From positions 744,001 to 808,000 of the forward strand of contig OZ287067.1 in NCBI GenBank assembly GCA_965645245.1: a stretch of DNA of 64,000 nucleotides, written 5' to 3'. The translations under genes were made by a program, and so were the position numbers. Source of the DNA: Massalongia carnosa. Taxonomy: Eukaryota. The notes under the pieces were generated by a model, which saw only the letters and a list, made by a program, of their open reading frames with translations, had not been told where the DNA came from and searched no databases. Position 1 is the stretch's first letter; each line of letters opens with the position of its first letter. Positions 60,116 to 64,000 of the stretch are shown here, piece by piece.

Positions 60116-62971
60116 GATCCAACAATTTTTCATTTTCCTGCGCCCCAGACGAAGCTATGTCTACTTTTTAGATGCTATAGAGGATTGATCGTCGGATCCA
60201 GTGCCATGACGGACGAATACATGTACCGGGCACATGGCAAATCCGAGAGATGTACTGCTTGCACAGACATAGATATTCAAGTCAGGTCTCGGCGGAATAT
60301 GAGGTTGGTATTCTGTCCACAAATGGCCAAATATCTCTCTGCAAAGGTCCTATATCTTATGCTTCTAGTATCATAAAATCCCCCGCTTATGGCTCACCCA
60401 GTCGAAATAATAGATATGCCAATTGTAAGTAAACGTACTTCTGGAACTTGAAAGCCTGTATTGTGCTGATTTGAGATTCTATAGATAATTTATTATCACG
60501 CTCCATTTAATTGAATACCTGGTAGCTTCTTGATCCCTCACCTTCCTTAGTAGTGGCTAGACAGACTCTTTCTATATACGAACTAGTTCACATCAGCGTT
60601 TGTATTGGCCCCTTTAGTCAAAAGCACAGCAGCCTTCCTCCTCATCTCTTTTCCTTCTAATTCTTCATCATCGTCATCATCATTCTTTTTTAAAAAAAAA
60701 CCAACTCCGAGAACCTGCAAAGAACCCCAAAAACCCACAACGGCCAATAAATACGCCTCGTCCAGCCAACAACCCCCCAAAAACCCCCCCCAAAACGAAA
60801 AGACGCCATATCGAGAAAGGAGAGATAGACAGAATAACTGCAAAGGGAGTTTGCCATAACAAAATCGGTAATGAAAGAACGAAAGAAAGAATGGAAAAAT
60901 GGGGAGAGAGCGGAAAAGTCGAAAGGGGGCCAGGGGAGCAAAGCGATAAACTTTTCCTTTGGTCGGCGACTGTGTGTATTCAATCAATCAGTCATCATAT
61001 GGAGGTCTAGTAATCTCCCGAGAATCGATATACATATGTGTATATGTACTCTGTATAGGTAGATATTTCCAACTTGATGGAAGTTACGGAGGGAGCACCA
61101 GCCCACCGCCCCTCAATGAACCCCCCCTCGGTTTCTACCCCCCCAAAAACTGGCCCTATTTACAACTTGCCGTACATTGTACGTTTCCACTCATGATGAA
61201 GTGTTTAATGGGAAAGCGTGCTCTATGCCGCTCTCGCATGATCCTTCTGGATAGATACTCACTGGTGTAAGCTAGCTTCTTCGGATATCAAGAGAAGCTT
61301 GGGCCTGAATATACTAATGTTACTACGCGACTTAAATTATGGAGAAGAAAATAGGGTAACATAACTAGGTAGGTATGCGGCAAGCCCAACTCTAGGCTAA
61401 GCATACCGGCATACCTAGACGCTATGGCCGAGTGAGTACAGGCACCTGGGAGTTGTACGGCATTGTCTCCTATAGACCTAAGGATCTGTAAAGATATACC
61501 AGCCCCCTCTTTGGTAGATGACCTTGTGCATACCCCGCCGGCCACGCAACACCCGAGATGTGTAGGAATCACCCAGCTGGTCAATGGGAACGCGTCAAGA
61601 TCACTGGGGGTGGGCCAATGGTTCGTCGCATTCCTGCTCCGTTTAATCTGGGGGCGTCGTCGTTTCTGGGGCATCATGTCGATTGGTCATTGTGTGTTTC
61701 CAGTGATCGTCCTGGTCATGCCTTTGCTTCCCTTTGCGTAGAAAAGGAAGGCGAAGATCCAGTGTTTCCGAAAACAGACGGCATTTCAAACTATTGCTAG
61801 AAAATAGGCTTGAATTAGTGTGAACATGCGAACATGGCCAGAAAGTCAAGATTCACACTCGATCGGCGACCAGCGAAGGCAAGAAATGTCCTCTGAGGTC
61901 CATTTGCTAAGGCCATGCTAACTAATTGTGTCGGGAAATGGTCGATGATTACTGACCTATTAGACCAACTTGTATAAGTACAATTTCTTCAGCTGGATTG
62001 TTGAGAGCACAAGAGTCTGGAGCTGCCGGATGCGGAATTAACTAGAAGCTCTTCTGTCCGCGAAACGTAGATTCAAATCTTGTTCGCCTCTTCATGAAAT
62101 GGGGGCCTGAGCAAACTGGGTTGTTGTTTCCGTCACGGTGAAGCTATGAGAACAAGCAGAGATACCCCATGTCTATTTGCATGATATTTAGAATGCGGAA
62201 CTTATTGCTGGAGATGAAATGAAAGTTGAGTTTAGCTTTGGAAGAACGGTGACTAAAGTGAAGGGAAGCCCGAGTATGGCAACGTTTTCAATATTTTCCC
62301 TTTCTTATGTAAACTAGGAAGGTGGATCTTCAAGGGGATATACTCAAACAAAAATATTATATTTATATTATAGACTAGCTTTCCAGCATTCAGTTGCTGA
62401 ACAAGCTGCGTTATATAGATATGCAGGTTTTAGCAGAAATGTCGTTATCGAACTTGCTGAAGATATGTACCAGTTTGTCTTAGTTTTGGGGGTACAGTAT
62501 AATTTTCCCATCATGGTCTACTTCAAGAAAAAATACCCATGAACACGTCGGGTTGGGAACTAAGCATATCCACGCGTCGAGTGTTTTGGACTGTGAGCGT
62601 GGTTATTTGGGCACCTGTTAAAAAAAATACGTTTTAGTAAAGGTCATACGGTCAGAGCACTCGATATTATCAAACACAGCAATACATGTTTCTCTCCGTG
62701 CTCTCTTTGTTCTGCATCAAGCCTCTTTCTAGCGGCTTCTACATCTCCAGCAGTCCATAAGCCGATGCATGCTTCGCGTCGAGGGAGAAACTCTCCACCA
62801 GCTCGTGGGCAGAAGAAAAGTGTTTCAGTTTTCTTCATTGAAATAAGATATTATAAGACTGATAAGTGAGACTTAATACTTACAAGTTCTCTGCTTGGGT
62901 GCAGAAGCATCTGATTTCTTGGCTTGGAGGAAAGGGAGGTAAAAAAAAAGTTTGGTTATCAGCTAGGTAGC

Positions 62972-64000
62972 TCAGTTTTTGTGCCTTTCCGTGAGGCTAA
63001 TCATTTTCTTCTTGACGTGCTTTGGCATCTTCTTCTCTCTCTGCACCCGCTTTTCTTCCTTGACTTGCTTCTTATGCTCCTTTCTGGCATCCTTATCCTC
63101 GAAGCGCTTGCCGCGCGGGTTCTTCTTTGCGAACAGATCAGAGTTTTCATCACTGTTGCTTTCGTTGGCGGAAGAGGTGTGACTTTCATCCTTAGTTTCA
63201 TCCGCCGCTAGTTGCGTTACATTGGGTGGTGCGGCGGTTGTTGGTGCAATTTTGTCTGCAAGCAAGTCCCGGTAGACAAGATCATGTCCCCCACCCTTCC
63301 CTACGGCTTCTGCGTCCCGTTCTACATCATACACCTGCTCTAGCGTTTGTGGTATATACTGATTGCGGAAAACTTCATTGTCGACCTCCGCGTTAGCGGC
63401 ATCACCATCCTCGGTCTCTGCCTGCTTCTCAAACAGCTCTTCCAAAGCGGCGTCCATTCCCGATGGATCTACAGTCCCTTGGGAAGTCGTCACAAACCCA
63501 AATGTAGCCTTCTCAGAAAGCGTATCCACACCCTTCCGTCGGAAGAAATCACTAATGTTTTTGACGTCCATTCGCAAAAACTCAAGACTTCGAGGATGGT
63601 CATGCTCAACGCTCTGGCTAACGTCGATGATCCAAAGTTTTTTCTCATGGTATAGAACATTGTATTCGCTTAAGTCCGCATGAACCAAGCGGCATAACTG
63701 ATAGAGGATGCGCATGTAGCCTAGCAACTGTAAATATAGCAATCTCCACCTTGTCTCTTCGTCCCCGCCCTCGAGCACAACATCCTTTAGCCGCGGGGCT
63801 GGAATACCCCGTTTGTCCCCTAAAAATTGCATTACAAGTACATGAAGACGTAAATGTATTGGCTCAGGGCATGGTATACCCGAAACATGAATTCTTTTCA
63901 AATTTCGCATCTCCTTTTCGGCCCACACCTTCACCATCGCTCGATTGTTGCTCTTGCTGTAGCCCTGTCGGAATCTATACTCTCCAGACACATACTTATC
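62972..64000 (-). CDS. RIO1: Atypical protein kinase Rio1, 5'-truncated by the window edge
   Basis: GEYRFRQGY, VKVWAEKEMRNL, LVHADLSEYN and IIDVSQSVEHDHP; lysine-rich tail KMPKHVKK. Confidence 0.95.
   Translation of the reverse strand, partial: DKYVSGEYRFRQGYSKSNNRAMVKVWAEKEMRNLKRIHVSGIPCPEPIHLRLHVLVMQFLGDKRGIPAPRLKDVVLEGGDEETRWRLLYLQLLGYMRILYQLCRLVHADLSEYNVLYHEKKLWIIDVSQSVEHDHPRSLEFLRMDVKNISDFFRRKGVDTLSEKATFGFVTTSQGTVDPSGMDAALEELFEKQAETEDGDAANAEVDNEVFRNQYIPQTLEQVYDVERDAEAVGKGGGHDLVYRDLLADKIAPTTAAPPNVTQLAADETKDESHTSSANESNSDENSDLFAKKNPRGKRFEDKDARKEHKKQVKEEKRVQREKKMPKHVKKKMISLTERHKN

Noticed and set aside
60130..62960. 2.8-kb interval with many short ORFs
   Set aside because: No coherent splice model, motif or repeat structure could be supported. 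It may hide a relic, but I cannot show one.

Overview
Eukaryotic, intron-rich DNA from a filamentous ascomycete (Pezizomycotina; possibly a lichen-forming lineage, which is inference only). The left ~35 kb is a dense housekeeping block: twinfilin, succinate/fumarate carrier, SRP72, Bud4, Mrh4 helicase, a fasciclin surface protein, TFIIE-alpha, Pus1, a very large USP deubiquitinase, Pop3 and TMEM170. A near-intact Tc1 (DD34E) transposon with one nonsense codon sits between the divergent TFA1 and PUS1 genes. The right half mixes core genes (PEX8, STE14, sugar O-acetyltransferase, XIP-type aquaporin, HAD hydrolase, NSRP1-like, RIO1) with decayed ORFs and an orphan secreted protein. The most unusual object is a small non-coding TIR element present twice (53762-54377 and 58920-59076). 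It is built from repeated bulged GNA-triloop hairpins with compensatory base changes, and one copy carries an 8-bp TSD and a nested ~430-bp inverted-repeat segment. Other notable points are an NPT/HPA aquaporin, a stop-free 129-nt intron in Bud4 and a GC-AG intron in PUS1. No tRNA, rRNA or CRISPR array was found. Splice models were read by eye, so internal boundaries may be off by a few bases.
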